Shown piece after piece: positions 1 to 14,478 of a stretch of DNA of 64,000 nt. The translations under genes were made by a program, and so were the position numbers. This DNA is from Squalus acanthias. Taxonomy: Eukaryota. The stretch covers positions 67,954,001 to 68,018,000 of the forward strand of contig CM059432.1 in assembly GCA_030390025.1 (NCBI GenBank). The letters are read 5' to 3'. The notes beneath the pieces are model-generated. The model worked only from the letters and a program-made list of their open reading frames with translations, ran no database searches and had not been told where the DNA came from. Each line of letters starts with the position of its first letter. Positions within the stretch are counted from its first letter, which is position 1.

Positions 1-143
1 CTGTTGAAAATTATTTTGATTCATGAATTTGTATAGGCTGCCTCCTATACATACTTCAGACTATAAGTAACCACTGCTGAAATAATGTACCAGTGAAGAA
101 TGAAATATGATTTAAATTCAAGATGAATCCTGGAGTGTTTTGT

Positions 144-371
144 TTTTATTCGTTCATGGGATGTGGGTGTCGCAGGTAAGGCCAGCATTTATTGCCCATC
201 CCTAATTGCCCTTGAGAAGGTGGTGGTGGGCCACCTTCTTGAACCGCTGCAGTCCGTGTGGTAAAGGTACTTCCACAGTGCTGTTAGGGAGAGTGTTCCA
301 GGATTTTCATGCAGTGACAATGAAGGATCAGTGATATATTTCCAAGTCAGGATGGTGTGTGACTTGGAGGG
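144..371 (-). mobile_element. 3' fragment of LINE lineage B
   Basis: Reverse complement of the 3' end of the element at 2108-3860. Confidence 0.85.
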
Positions 372-569
372 TTCAATACAAACTACAGGAAATCAATTAC
401 AACCATTTGGTTGAATTAATTTTTTTTTTTCTGTTTAAACTGGCTGCCTGAGTTCTAAAGTTAGAACATCAAACTTCAGTGTGGTCAGCCTAATTCTCTG
501 CAACTCCTTTCCTGAACCCTTTCTTCAAGATATTTCATTCCCCGTTCTTAAAATCCTTTTCCAACCCGG

Positions 570-1563
570 ACTAGGTCCCTTGCTTTTTGTGGTATATATC
601 AATGATCTAGACTTGAATATAGCGGGTATGATTAAGAAGTTTGCAGATGATACTAAAATCAGCTGTGTGGTTGATACTGAAGAAGGAAGCTGTAGACTGC
701 AGGAAGGTATCAATAAATTGGTCAGGTGGGCAGAACAGTGGCAAATGGAATTCAATCCGGAGAAGTGTGAGGTTATGCATTTGGGGAGGGCTAACTAGGA
801 AAGGGAATACACATTAAATGGTAGGACACTGAGTAGTGTAGAGGAACAAAGGGACCTTGGAGTGCATGTCCACAGATCCCTGAAGGTAGCAGGCCAGGTA
901 GATAAGGTGGTTAAGAAGGCATACGGAATGCTTGCCTTTATTAGCCGTGGCATAGAATACAAGAGCAGGGGGGTTATGCTTCAACTGTATAAAACACTAG
1001 TTGGGCCTCAGCTAGAGTACTGCATGCAGTTCTGGTCACCACATTACAGAAAGATGTGATTGCACTAGAGAGGGTACAGAGGAGATTTACAAGGATGTTG
1101 CCGGGAGTAGAGAATCTTAGCTATGAGGAAAGACTGGATTGGCTGGGTTTTTTTTCCTTGGAACAGAGGAGGCTGAGGGGAGACCTCATTGAAGTGTATA
1201 AAATTATGAGGGGCTGAGATAAAGTGGATAGAAAGGACCTACTTCCCTTAGCAGAGGGATCAAAAATCAGGGGGCACAGATTTAAAGTAATTGGTGGAAG
1301 GTTTAGAGGGGATTTGAGGGGAAATTTCTTCACCCAGAGGGTTGTGGGGGTCTGGAACTCACTGCCTGAAAGGGTGGTAGAGGCAGGAACCCTAACCACA
1401 TTTAAAAAGTACTTGGATGTGCACTTGGGATGCTGTAACCTGCAGGGCTACGGACCAAGAGCTGGGAAATGGGATCAGGCTGGATAGCTCTTTTTTGGCC
1501 GGCGCAGACACAATGGGCCGAAATGGCCTCCTTCCGTGCTGTAACTTTCTATGACTCTATGAT
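570..1563 (+). mobile_element. CR1 LINE, 5'-truncated and decayed
   Basis: KFADDTK RT motif, LEYC.QFWSP, FFTQRVV; TTCTATGA-type 3' tail; stops and frameshifts. Confidence 0.92.
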
Positions 1564-2107
1564 AAGTTTCCAGTCATCTCTCCGAACTCTTCTACTGCCA
1601 TTTACCATCCACTTCTTCTCTGTGAAATGTATTAGCATGTTCACTGTTAAAAATGTTATATAAATGAACTATAATAGCTGTTGTTGGAGCTGTTATCAAC
1701 ATCACTGAAAATCTGAAGTGAGAATAAGTTTCATGTTACAAGCTCAATTTCAAGGTTAATATAAAACAACTTTATATTACAAGTAATTATGTTTTCTTAG
1801 ATCCAGTTAGTCAAGTGCATTAGTTTGAATCTAATGATTGTTCACACAACCGTATCTTTGTTATTTCTAGGTCAGCTGCAGCAGGATTTTGATTTGAGCA
1901 ATTCAACACTTCATCGATCCATTTTCTCTGTTCTTGGCAAAAATACTAAATTCGAAACTTCAGAACAAAGTTCAATTTGCTTCAAGGTCTCTATTCACAG
2001 CTCTTCTTTAGTTGTTGTTGCTAACCACACTCACAGCAACATATGAGAGCATGCTACAACAACCTAGCCGTTTGCTCTTAAGCATGCTTTCCAAACTGAA
2101 AGCCAAC

Positions 2108-3860
2108 AATGATGGTGGAGCCCAGTACGTGAGTGCAAAAGACAAGGCTGAAGAGTTTACAACCATCTTCAGCCAGAAGTGCCGAGTGGATGATCCATAT
2201 TGGCCTCCTCCTGAGGTCCCCACCATCACAGAAGCCAGTCTTCAGCCAATTTGATTCACTCCACGTAATATCAAGAAGCGGCTGAGCGCACTGGATAAAG
2301 CAAAGGCTGTGGGCCCCGACAACATCCTGGCTGTCGTGCTGAAGACGTGTGCTCCAGAACTAGCCGCGCCTCTAGCCAAGCTGTTCCAGTACAGCTACAA
2401 CGCTGGCATCTATCCGACAATGTGGAAAACTGCACAGGTATGTCCTGTCTACAAAAAGCAGGACAAATCCAACCCGGCCAATTATCGCCCCATCAGTCTA
2501 CTCTCAATCATCAGCAAAGTGATGGAAGGTGTCATCGACAGTGCTATCAAGCAGCACGTACTCACCAATAACCTGCTCACTAATACCCAGTTTGGGTTCC
2601 GCCAAGACCACTCGGCTCCCGACCTCATTACAGCCTTGGTCCAAACATGGATAAAGGAGCTGAATTCTAGAGGTGAGATGAGAGTGACTGCCCTTGATGT
2701 CAAGGCAGAATTTGACCGAGTTTGGCATCAAGGAGGCCTAGTAAAACTGAAATCAATGGGAATCGGGGGAAAACGCTCCACTGGCTGGAGTCATACCTAG
2801 CACAAAGTAAGTTGGTTGTGGTGGTTGGAGGTCAATCATTACAGCCCCAGGACATCGCTGCAGGAGTTCCTCAGGGCAGTGTCCTCGGCCCAACCATCTT
2901 CAGCTGCTTCATAAATGACTTTCCCTCCAACATAAGGCCAGAAATGGGGACGTTCGCTGATGACTGCACAGTGGTCAGTGCCATTCACAACTCCTCAGAT
3001 AATGAAGCAGTCCATGCCCGCATGCAAAAAGACCTGGACGACGTTCAGGCTTGTGCTGATAAATGGCAGCTAACATTCTTGCCACACAAGTGCCAGGCAA
3101 TGACTATCTCCAACAAGCGAGAGTCTAACCATCGCCCCTTGACATTCAACGGCATTACCATCACCGAATCTCCCACCATCAACATCCTGGGGGTCATCAT
3201 TGACCAGAAATCTAACTGGACCAGCCACATAAATACTGTGGCAACAAGAGCAGGTCAGAGGCTAGGTATTCTGCGGCGAGTGTCTCATCTCCTGACTCCC
3301 CAAAGCCTTTCCACCATCTACAAGGCACAAGTAAGGAGTGTGAAGGAATACTCTCCACTTGCCTGGATGAGTGCAGCCCCAACAACACTCAAGAAGCTCG
3401 ACATCATCCAGGACAAAGCAGCCTGCTTGATTGGCACCCCATCCACCAACTTAAACAGTCACTTCCTCCACCACCGGTGCACCGTGGCTGCAGTGTGTAC
3501 CATCTACAAGATGCACTTCAGCAACTTGCCAAGGCTTCTTCGGCAGCACCTCCCAAACCCGCAACCTCTTTCACCTAGAATGACAAGGGCAGCATGCGCA
3601 TGGGAACACCACCACCTCCAAGTTATCCTCCAAGTCACACACCATCCTGACTTGGAAGTATATCGCCGTTCCTTCATTGTCGCTGGGTCAAAATCCTGGA
3701 ACTCCCTCCCTAACAGCACTGTGGGAGTACCTTCACCACACGGACTGCTGCGGTTCAAGAAGGCGGCTCACCACCACCTTCTCAAATGCAATTAGGGATG
3801 GGCAATAAATGCTGGCCTTGCCAGCGACACCTACATCCCAGGAATGAAAAAATAAAATAA
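2108..3860 (+). mobile_element. LINE lineage B (CR1/L2-group), 5'-truncated
   Basis: NYRPISLLS, QFGFR, GVPQGSVLGP, FADD; frameshift near 2770; A-rich tail. Confidence 0.9.
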
Positions 3861-5120
3861 ATTTGGGCTCCAATCAAAATCAATGCAGACGAGGTCCCTC
3901 TTTCCCCCAGTTCCATTTCTCACCTGTAGTATAGAAGCCATTAGCATTGGGAGCGGGGCTGCATTTTGAGCACCCGTTGGCCAGATGGCTTAATCACAGA
4001 TCTCACTATTAAATAGAAGTTATTGTGCGTCACATTGCATCAAACCTTTAACGTTGAAAATACCCATCACAGCAACACCTCCAGGAGTAACAAATATTGC
4101 AGGTACTCATGAGTTTTCAATGAAGCACGCGCCTCACATACAAAATTAAAATATCATAGACTGATATCTTGAAGGTTTCATCAGAGAACCTGCACAATTT
4201 TTTCATCTTGAATGTTTTTAACTGTAATTATTTACCTTCCTAAGGACATTAAGCTGGAAATATTTCCAATGAGATTGTGTCATTTTTAAGACTGTAATAT
4301 GGGTTGTTTCCAAAGTAATACCACAAGTGAAAGTACTGAAGTGTGATGTGAGACAACTCTTTGTGATGGGTGCAGCGGTTGGTCATCAGTGAGATAGTTT
4401 ATTAATGTGATATGATGCATCTTTCATGTTGCATTAGAGATTGTTGTTAGTAATTTATGTGGGAAGAATTACAGTATTAGTGAAGATGTGTTGATCTTCA
4501 TTGGGAAGTGTGACTGGAAATGTTTATGCAAATAAGAAAGCATTGAATAACCAAATTAAAACCAATCCCCACATTAGCAGCACAATTCTTTTCATAAAAT
4601 TTTGTGTGGATCATTCAGGTTGTATGCTTGGTGTACTGTAATTTGTTCTTTTAAGTGTGCAGAAGTAAAATTATTTACGAATGCAGACTAATACCCTGGA
4701 GTTTTTATTTGATTACTTAGGGGAGTCAATAAGAAATATTCCAATTTTCTTAAGGTTATTCTACTTCCTCAGAAGATTTAATAAATTAGGCCTCATTGTA
4801 CTTGGTCTGTTCGAAGAAGTGGGGTCAATTGGCCAAATGCCTTTTACATTCCTTACCTTCTTTGCATACACCCAGAGTATGGCCTGGATTTCCTTCTTTG
4901 CATCTGTGGAGGGGCAGGGCAGGAATTTTGCTTGTCGCCCTGACCCCGACCCAGTTTCCTGAGTCCGGGGTCATATGCAGGACAGGCTCCTGCATCTGCT
5001 AAGGAGAAAAATACAGGGGGACAGCGCCAAAAGAGGAGGGAGCCAAGTTTAAAGGAGGCACAAAGATGTGGAGTTTGATTTTATTTAGGTCTCAGACTGA
5101 ACCGAGGCTGAAAACAGGTA

Positions 5121-5484
5121 GGGGCGGAAATTTGTTTTGACATGTTTTGGGGCCAGAAATAGATGGTGCACTGGGAGTGCACGCCGGAGGCTGACCCAAA
5201 ATTGGGCCTTATGCCTCATCAGCATATTGCCGGCGAGCTGCGGACACCGATCGGACTTCCAGAGGCAGCTCGACATTTCCACGAGGACCAAGTTGGGCTG
5301 GCTGTCTCTCCGGTAGCAACCCTCAGATAGGTCCTGGGAGTAGGGGGAGGCAATTGGGAAGGAGGGAGGCGATAGGGAGGGGGCGATCAGGAGAGAGGGG
5401 AAGCGATCGGGATGGCGGCGGCTACGCAGCGGGAGAGGTGTAAAATGCCTATAAAATTGGCGCAGCATCAAACAATTTCTAACC
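5121..5484. mobile_element. Decayed GC-rich MITE-like element
   Basis: Imperfect terminal inverted repeats GGGGCGGAAATTTGTT / AACAATTTCTAACC. Confidence 0.45.
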
Positions 5485-6419
5485 AGACTGTCTTTTACAA
5501 AAGAATATAAAATTGACTTTTTGGTTTTAATTCAAATATCCATTTGTTGCTCTGCAGATTGATGATAAGGAACAATAGGAAAGCAATGGTATTCTGGGTG
5601 AAGATCAGTGCTTCAGACTTCTCTTAACAGAATCATACAACAGCTTCACTTAACCCTTTGTTCAAATGGTATTTCTGCAATTTTTTTCTGCAAAAAGCTG
5701 ATTATTTTTTCCTGCAAAATTCAACTTTTGCAGACATATAGGTCAGAAAATGCTGCTTGAATTGAGATAAGACCAGCTGATCTATTACCAGAGTCGGCAT
5801 TCAGTGTGATTCCATGGGAATGTACCTCCACATTTACATTCATGACAGAAAACTTCAACTATGCTTTTGGCAGACAAAATTTTATGAGGAATTCAAATAA
5901 ATTACAAAATAAATGCAGAACAATTTTTATGTCTCCACAGAATACATAACACAGCTGTGCCTTCATTAGATTTCAGCCCCTGGGATGGACATTTTAAATT
6001 CATAGCAGAGGACCCTGCTCAAGTGACAAGCAAATGATTGAACCAATGTTTTAACTCATTTTTTAATCAAGTTTGCAATCTTTCAATGTCTTATCGAGCC
6101 AGAAATTCGTTTTTCCACCTTGCCTGTGCAACAAAGAAATCTTCAGCTGAAATGGGAGGCAAGCAATTTGCAATCAGGCAATGACTTACGCTCTCTCCCT
6201 CTCTTTGCTGTTGAGCACTTCCCTTTAATGGTGCATACACTGGGGCCAATTTTCATCTCCAGTGTACATCAGGTGGGTGATGAGTGGGACATGTGCTGTG
6301 CTCGCCCAAAAGAATTGGTGTCGGACCCATGCCATTTTCATGCCCGGATCTAATTTAAATTAAATCGGCAAACTTCCAGATTGAAACAAGCTCCCCATAG
6401 GCAATACGACAATGGGGAG

Positions 6420-6515
6420 GAACATTGAAATATTAGGAACAGGAGTCGGCCATTCAACCCCTCAGGCCTGCTCCGCCATTCAGTTAGATCAATGTTGATC
6501 TGCACCTCAACTCCA
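6420..6515 (-). mobile_element. CR1 3' tail fragment
   Basis: GGAACAGGAGTCGGCCATTCAACCCCTC...CCTGCTCCGCCATTCA matches the other CR1 tails in the window. Confidence 0.7.
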
Positions 6516-6539
6516 TTTTCTCACCAGACCATCTTGTGT

Positions 6540-7790
6540 CCTAGTTCTGCTGAAGAGGACAGAAATGCAAACTTTAGGGACCCAGCCTTTAAAAGAAAGA
6601 TGATTTTTGTGCACCAACAATTGCTGAATGCATTGGATTCCCTGCCAGGGAGCTTCCACAACATGTTGGAGAGTGTGGAGGGAACCACTACCAACTTGTG
6701 GGGTTCTGGTGCATGGCAACAATACTTTACAGATAACCATGGAGCATGTGGTCATCTCAATGGACACTGAAACTGGGCTTTCCATGCAGGAATCTGTGGC
6801 ACCAGTAATAGTATCTCTCAGAGATGCTCTTACTGGGTCTGTGCAGGGCCTGAACTCAACCATCTCCTCCACCTTGGACAGACTGGGAGACGGAATGGCT
6901 AAGGGCTTCAATTAAATCATGGATGATCTCCAGCAATCGTGCAATAAGAATGGAAAATGTTGATATCACTAAGGAAGACAGCATGTCTTGACCCTCACTA
7001 CTCCTGAACCAATGCCTGCCCTAGTTCCAGAAAGATCCTGGGTTAGACTTCCCCGGCAGATGTCGAGTTGCTGCAATCTACAGCTGGGCCCTCTCAGGCC
7101 TGAGCTCCTAGAGGCTACCAATCCTGGCAATTCATGAGCTCTTGACTGAGGCACCACTCATGCTACAGCTACTAGGGAGCACCTCATAGGAGCACCAGAA
7201 TAGCTAAGCGAGCACTTAAGACATGCACTAGGGTCTCACGCCAGGGTGATAATTAGTGCGTAGTCATTTGTGATAATGCTTTTTGAAATTTTTATGTGCA
7301 GAGAATGTTCTTGCAGCAGCTGGTGGCCGTGAAATGTTGGTTAACATTAATATATCAATGTTGGTCTTTGGGGCGATGCAGTTTATTCGAGGGTGCAAGG
7401 AATAGGAGAGATGTTCAATATGACTGTTAATTCAGGGGAGCAGGGATTGTTCAGCTGAAGTGCTTTTCAATGACTTGCTGCCGACGAGCTCTGTCTGCAG
7501 GCTGACGTTGGTGCCCTCCCACTTCCTCATCATCCTCTCTGTCACCAATGTCCTCTCCCTCATCATGCTGAAGGTCCTTGTCCAATGGTGGTGCTATGTG
7601 TTGTCTGTCCCCTCTGCAGAGCAAAGTTATACAGCATATAGCAAGCCACTATCATATGGGACACTCCTTTGGGTTGTATTGCAGAAAGCCACTAGGCCTG
7701 TCCAAGCATCTGAATCATTATTTGAGATTGGCAGATAAAGGCGTAAAACAGTTACCTAAGCATCCAATATGGCAGGTGGCATAAGCGCGC
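6540..7790. mobile_element. Old Harbinger remnant (Myb-gene last exon on +, transposase C-terminus on -)
   Basis: DPAFKRKMIFVHQQLL resembles EPSRKRVFLEVQQ of the other copies; an RFRCLDR-like segment lies on the minus strand near 7690-7720. Confidence 0.6.
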
Positions 7791-8454
7791 ACATTCTGCC
7801 ATATTAGTAAAGCCTCCAGTCTAGACATTCAGGGCCCGTGCCTGCCACAGACTTTAAGCCTTTTGCATATGCAAATAGGGTGCTGAATGCCTGATTGAGA
7901 CCTGCTTCCCGAAATTTGGTTGCCCTGAATGCAGCCAGCGCCAGGCGTGCTGCGTTCATGATAGCCACACCTACATACGGCCTTGCCAGCGCTCCTTAAA
8001 GGCACCGCTGGAGGCCACCACCAAAAAGGTAAGTTTGTTATAAAATACTTCCTTGAAGATGGAGCCGGGATGGGCAGAGTCCTTCTAACTGCTCCACTGC
8101 AGTGCCAAAAACCATTGCTAGCTCCCGTTTGGCCCCCTCCCGATTGCCCCCCTCCTGATTTCCTCGCCCCTCCCGATCGCCTCCCCCTCCCGATCGCTTT
8201 CTCCCAATTGATCCAGGACCAACCTGAGAGCCAGTGCTGACAACACAATCCAATGTTGATTCACCGGCGAGTTGCATGGAGATGCCCCGCTGGCATCCAC
8301 AGCTCACCAGTCTCATTTAAATATGGCCCGAAGCCCTATATTGGGTGGACCTAGAGCCTACCCATTCCAGTGCAGTGATTGATTCCAGGCCAGCACAAAC
8401 CAATCTCTAGGAATTGGCTTTGACTGGCTTTGTTAAAATTACTTCAAACTTTGC

Positions 8455-8720
8455 CGGTTAGCGCCCCAAAAAAAGTTAGCACCCCCGCACCCGAAATTGA
8501 ATGGTACCACCCCAAGCAGGAGGCAGGCCGTTACTGGAAAAACTCCACCTCCCTCTTGGGGCGCTCCCAGTGAATATCGCGATGTTACGTGCAACAGCAC
8601 CATGCACGTTGGCACGTAGCGCCGTGGTACTAGAGGCCTCCCTCCCCTGATTAAAGGGGAGGGGCCTAGCGCACAGGATGGACAAACTTCACCTGAGCAA
8701 GGCTGAATTTCAACGGCCTT
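8455..8720 (-). mobile_element. Fragment of the GC-rich MITE family of 45238-45962
   Basis: Reverse complement aligns by eye with about 45730-45930. Confidence 0.65.
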
Positions 8721-8916
8721 GCTGGAAGAGTAACTTGTGCCGTGGGGCAGGGTTTAAACTAGTGTGGCAGGGGAAGGGAGAGAAATAAGATGAGGAAACA
8801 GAAAGGAGAGTAAAAGGGAGTGTAGGAAGGATAAAAGGGGAAAACAGATAAAAATGAAGACAGAGTAAAATAATTAAGGTTGCCAACAGATAGAGTGAGA
8901 TAACGAAAAGCACAAA

Positions 8917-10803
8917 GGCTGGAATTTTGCCTCCACGGGCAGGTCCAGTGCGGGCGGCCGCAGTGGCAGGTCACGAGCCTGCTGCTGGATCCATCATGCT
9001 GCTGCAAATGACTTTCCCTTAATAGGGCCTATTAAGCCTGCCCTACGTGTTACCTGGCCCAGTTAAATGGTGCGGGTCTGGTGACGTCATCGATGACGCG
9101 ATTTCAGCTGGGATCTGTAAAGGGGCCATGGTCACATTGGATTCGAATGTCAATGTAACATAGTGCTGTCAGTGCACTACAGCATTGGAGTGCTGCAAAA
9201 AATGACAATGACTGCACAGAGGCAGAGGGCTGCACCCAGGTTCTCCGATGACTCCCTCCATATGCTTATGGAGGGAGTCAGACCACTCAAGGAGGTCCTC
9301 TTCCCTTCCAATGGGCAGAAGAGACCTCCCCAGGAGACAAAAACAGCCTGGTTGCACATTGCACAGGAGGTCACAAGCAGGGATGTGGTCAGGAGGACCT
9401 GGGTGCAGTACCGCAAATGTTTCAATTATCTCATTAGATCAGGAATCGTGAGTACAGAGTCACACTCAACTTCATCCTGCTGTGCCTCTCATCACATCCC
9501 CATCACTCTGCCTTCCCAACCCTACCCCGGCACATCCTTCCTCACATCAACATACTTTGCACCTCCACCCATCCCTCTCTCTCTATCTACATTATCACAT
9601 CCCCATCTTACTAGCCACCCCTCACACTCACCCTCATCTTAATGCAATCATACCAACTAACAACACACAAGGAGGCCATTTGGGTGTTTTATCCAATGTT
9701 CATGTAAAGTTTCCGTTAATGTGCTGTCAAACATGAAAATCTTTATTTTCAACACTTGGACAGATTTGTGTGCACCTTTGGAAGTGCTTAGTGAGTTGCA
9801 GTGAATGGTGAGACATAATGGTACCCCCAGCAATGGTGATGAGTGTGAAAGGAATGGCTTGGTCATTGCAGGGATGCTTTATGGTGCTGGTGTAGGGTGG
9901 TGCCAACCTGGTGCATCATGTGGCAGCCAGGGTGTACAGCGTCAAGTGAAGTAAATCTGGCCATGATGAGGTCATCCCTGGCCTCCCGGGCAGCAATGTG
10001 GTCGGGTGCTGATGCCCTCTGTCCTGTGCAGCATCAGGTGATTGCGGAGAAGGTTGGTGGTGGTGTTGTTGGTGCTGCTGGTGCTGCTGGTGTTGGGGCT
10101 GATCGTGGTCCGATTCTGAGGACCAAGGTGAGACAGTATAAATGGCATCCATGCTGATGGAATAGATGGCAGGTGAAGTAGAGATGACACAAGCAATCTG
10201 TCAAAGGTGAGAGAGGTTCTTCCAATCAGGTGACACTGGATGGAGACTTTGCTGGAAAGACTGCAGCCTGCAGAATCTGTGCTGGGATTGCAGTGAGAAA
10301 CAGCTTCTGCTGAGTAAAGTGATCATCTGTCAGGTGGGAGCTTTTATAGTACATTTGATGCTGTCAACTAATCAGCTGGAGCAATGGCCACTGAACTCCC
10401 GCCTCATTTCCCATATTACAAAAGTGACTCCACTTCAAAAAAAAGTACTTCATTGGTTGTAAAGCACTTTGAGACGTCCCGTGGTTGTGAAAGGCGCTAT
10501 ATAAATGCAAGTCTTTCTTTCTTTCAGGTTGACAGACGTGGTTCCCGAGCAGCGTGTTTCCCGTGGCCATGCAGTTAAATTTAAAAGGTAAGGTTTAAAC
10601 CACTCTTAAGGGTGTGACAACTAGCTACTAATAATTGAAATTGGGTCGCCTGCCTCTGCCGGTCGGGTCTGGTCTGCGCTGACAGACGCGCCTGAGGGAA
10701 AGGCATGTGGGAGCGAGATGACAGCGGGTTCCTGACCCGCTCCCAAAAATAACAACCGACCCGCCTCTGATTGCGCCCACTACCACCTCGGAAAATTCAG
10801 GCA
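8917..10803 (+). mobile_element. Non-autonomous Harbinger deletion derivative
   Basis: TIRs GGCTGGAATTTT / AAAATTCAGGCA with AAA on both flanks; Myb/SANT-like exon 1 (RAAPRFSDDSL...AWLHIAQEV...RKCFN); fused transposase N- and C-termini on the minus strand. Confidence 0.8.
10404..10527 (+). mobile_element. 3' fragment of SacSINE1-like SINE inserted in the Harbinger derivative
   Basis: Matches the tail of 19463-19918 (GGCGCTATATAAATGCAAGTCTTTCTTT). Confidence 0.75.
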
Positions 10804-12094
10804 AAAGTATTGTGAATAAAATTGTGGGCTAGAGGCACAAAATGCTGTTCGGGAGGGAGTATGAAATAATAGTATATACCGAGGCATGGCTTAGGATGGT
10901 GCATCACTGTGAGATGAATATGCCTAGTACAAAATAAATAGGAGGGATAGAGTAGGACAAATGGAAGAGAGATAGAAATATTAATCAAAGATTACTTTGC
11001 AGCACAGGGATTATATGGATGATGTAAAAGATGAATCTATTTGGTTAGTGTAAGGAATAGGGCTTTGCTCTTTCATTTCTCTCTCAAATTACTTCCCTGC
11101 ATGTCTTATCAAGATTTGAATTGTACTTGGACAGAACTATGACCACTGAAGTGCCATCTGTACCTAGTAAGCAGCAGAGCAGGGCTCCATCCAGGAGAAG
11201 GTCAAAGAACGTCTGTGATACAGATCTCAAAGCCCTACTGGAAGAGACTGAGGAGATTGCCTAAATATTCGGATGTGTTTAATTTTGGGCGCATGTGGGT
11301 GCAGGATACGAGGTGAGGCCCGAGATGCCTCATTTCCATGAAGTGGGCGAGCTGCAGAGATTAAGAGGCAGCTCACCTGGCATGTCTAAAGAACGGGCCA
11401 CTGCAGGTACAAGATCAGGTCGGGAGGTAGCGGTGATTGGTAGCTGAGTTGGGGGGTGGGGTGGGCAGGGATCAATAGTTGGAGTGGCAGTGGCCCATGT
11501 TATTTTAATCTGGGGTTGGGAGGAGCTCTCCTTCTCCTCCCGGCTCCACATTCAGGTAAATATTTTTGGTAGTGGCCTACAGCAGTCGCTTAAAGGACCA
11601 CCAGTTAGGCTGCATGTAGACCATGTTTTCATTTCCGGTTGAGATTGGAACAGCCCCATTTTGAAAAGGGGACTGTAAACAGGTGTTAAGCCACCTATTT
11701 GCATAAGTAAAGGGCCTAACCTGTTTCAGGCATGGGTCCAGGACACCTCTTTTTCTGCAATTTACCATTGTGGCAGGAGCCGCACTTCTGGCACGTAGTG
11801 AGAGTGCACGCACGCCCCACCCACCATATTAGATGCTTAGATGCCCCTTTTGCACCTGAAAAATCAAGTGTACCACCATCAAATTTGTAGGCCTAGGAGG
11901 AACACAAGAGGAAAGTTCAGAGAAGCAGTGACTTTAGTCGTATCGATAAAATAGAGAGGAACATGAACGTTTCTATGAAAGAGAAAGAGGTTGGAGACTG
12001 AATGTGAGAGAAGGATTCCCTTCAGATAAGTTGCCTATTCTTGTATCCTATCCAGTGGTGTGAGAGAGGTGCTACAACCCCCCCACCCCCACAT

Positions 12095-13008
12095 GTTAGC
12101 CTAATATCAGTAGTAGGGAAAATGCTAGAGTCTATTATAAAGGATGTGATAACAGGACACTTAGAAAATATCAACGGCATTAGACAAAGTCAACATGGTA
12201 TTATGAAAGGGAATGTGAAGTTATCCACTTCGGTAGGAAAAACAGAAAGGCAGAGTATTATTTAAATGGTGATAGATTGGGAAATGATAATGTACAAAGG
12301 GACCTGGGTGTCCTTGTACACCAGTCACTGAAAGCAAACATGCAGGTGCAGCAAGCAGTTAGGAAGGCAAATGGTATGTTGGCCTTCATTGCAAGAGGAT
12401 TTGAGTACAGGAGCAAGGACGTCTTACTACAGTTATACAGGGCCTTGGTGAGACCACACCTGGAGTACTGTGTGCAGTTTTGTTCTCCTTACCTAAGAAA
12501 GGATATACTTGCCATTGAGGGAGTGCAGCGAAGGTTCACCAGACAGATTCCTGGGATGGCAGGACTGTCGTATGAGGAGAGATTGGGTCGACTAGGCCTG
12601 TATTCACTAGAGTTTAGAAGAATGAGAGGGGATCTCATTGAAACGTATAAAATTCTGACAGGGCTAGACAGACTGGATGCAGGGAAGATGTTTCCCCTGG
12701 CTGGGGGGTCTAGAATGAGGGGTCACAGTCTCAGGATATGGGGTAGGACATTTAGGACTGAGATGAGGAGAAATTTCTTCACTCAGAGGGTGGTGAACCT
12801 GTGGAATTCTTTACCACAGAAGGCTGTGGAGGCCAAGTCACTGAATATATTTAAGAAGGAGATAGATTTCTAGACACAAAAGGCATCAAGGGGTATGGGG
12901 AGAGAGCGGGAATATGGTATTGAGATAGAGGATCAGCCATGATCATATTGAATGATGGAGCAGGCTCGAAGGGCCGAATGGCCTACTCCTGCTCCTATTT
13001 TTTTTTCT
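12095..13008 (+). mobile_element. CR1 LINE fragment with internal RT deletion
   Basis: VSLISVVGKMLESIIKD...QHG jumps near 12211 to CEVIHFG; C-terminal ORF2 at 12277-12873; CR1 tail. Confidence 0.9.
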
Positions 13009-14456
13009 AGCATTCAAGTCTTGGATGGTCTAGTCAGCGCCTAGTCTGATTCCACTGAGAAAATCAGCTGGTTAATTAAAAGTAGGCGGTCAATGGTGAT
13101 GCAGCAAGTGCACCAGTATGTTTGCATCAAAAGCAGAAGTATTTATTTGTGAAAGCTCACTGCAACGCACTGTGAAACTGTGCTGGAAATTTAATTAATC
13201 ATCAAGTGCTGCAAACTGGTGTGTCACTGCTAATAAGTTACACCTACTTAAAGGTGCTGAGTGCTAATGAGATTCTTAAGAAAAACACTCAAATCCTAAC
13301 TCTTGAACAGTGTATCTATCAAGATAGATTTCTCTGTCCTAATAGGCATAAAATATTTTCTGCAAATTTTTAAGGATGAATTTTAGAAAGAAGAATCTGA
13401 GAAAGTTTTTGGGCCAGAGGATATTTCTACCACCTTGCTCCTATGTTGTCCCCTTATTTCTCATTTCCTGAAGGCAATTAGTCTTGCTGGGGTACAGTTG
13501 CACCGATAACAGCAACGTCTGGTACATCATCATTCTTCATTTGTGAGCCCAGTCAGTGAATGTGGGCATCTATTCAATTGTGAGTGACATTGTAGCTGAC
13601 CCTATTCTCGTCCTCACCTGATGGTTGCATAGCAGAGGTCGTTAGGTACCAATCAGGACCAGAGATTCTGGCTGACTTTACCCCCCCGCCCACCCGACCT
13701 CCTGAGGGTGTTATATCACTTCCCACCCCCTGCCCATTCGATCTCCTGAGGGTGCTATATCACTTCCATCAGCACCACCCTAGCTAAAATCAGTTAATTT
13801 TGCACAGACCAAGGATCAGATCAAGAATCAGATTGGAGCCCTTTCTAGTCTGTAAGATTCAATACCACACCACACGTTTGGCCATTGCAGGAGCTTTCGA
13901 TAAATTTAATTTTATCACCAGGAATCAAATCGACTGTAATCCATATTCTGGTGGTGAAATGCCAGATCCAGACCATTAGACAGCCCCGGAAACTGTGTCA
14001 AAGCACTTCTTAATTTATCATATTCTTGAAATACACTAAATAATTTTAATTTGTTTGTAGTTTTAATGTTATGCAAATGGATACAACACTAGTTTAAAAT
14101 GAATTCTGGCAATCACAAACAAAATTACCTTGAACAGTAGTTATAGGCATACACAATATTAGCCCTGCTCTGAGTGGCCACAGGACTGAAAACTTGGGGA
14201 ATGAGAAGACAGTCTGGTGTTCCACTTGTGTGAGGGGGGTTTGGTAAATTAACTGGGGTGAGGGAAAGCAAACATACTATTGCTTTTATCAGTGGATCTT
14301 TGGAGCCTTTACAATCCTGACTGTTCATAAACCTCTGGCTTTTTTGTGGTTTTAAAAACAGCATTCTGTGTGGTTCTCTTCGCTTTAATGCTGCTCCAAA
14401 ATAAGTCTCAAAATTATGTATTCCAGGGAAAAGCTACAATTATTTAGAACTCTCAT

Positions 14457-14478
14457 TTTATTCAATAACATTTTTATT
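14457..14478 (-). terminator. Candidate oprk1 polyadenylation signals
   Basis: Two minus-strand AATAAA (14457-14462 and 14473-14478) at the end of ~1.4 kb of AT-rich non-repetitive sequence downstream of the stop. Confidence 0.3.

Noticed and set aside
13692..13768. Short tandem duplication (CTCCTGAGGGTG.TATATCACTTCC twice)
   Set aside because: Two copies only; an ordinary local duplication with no sign of function.
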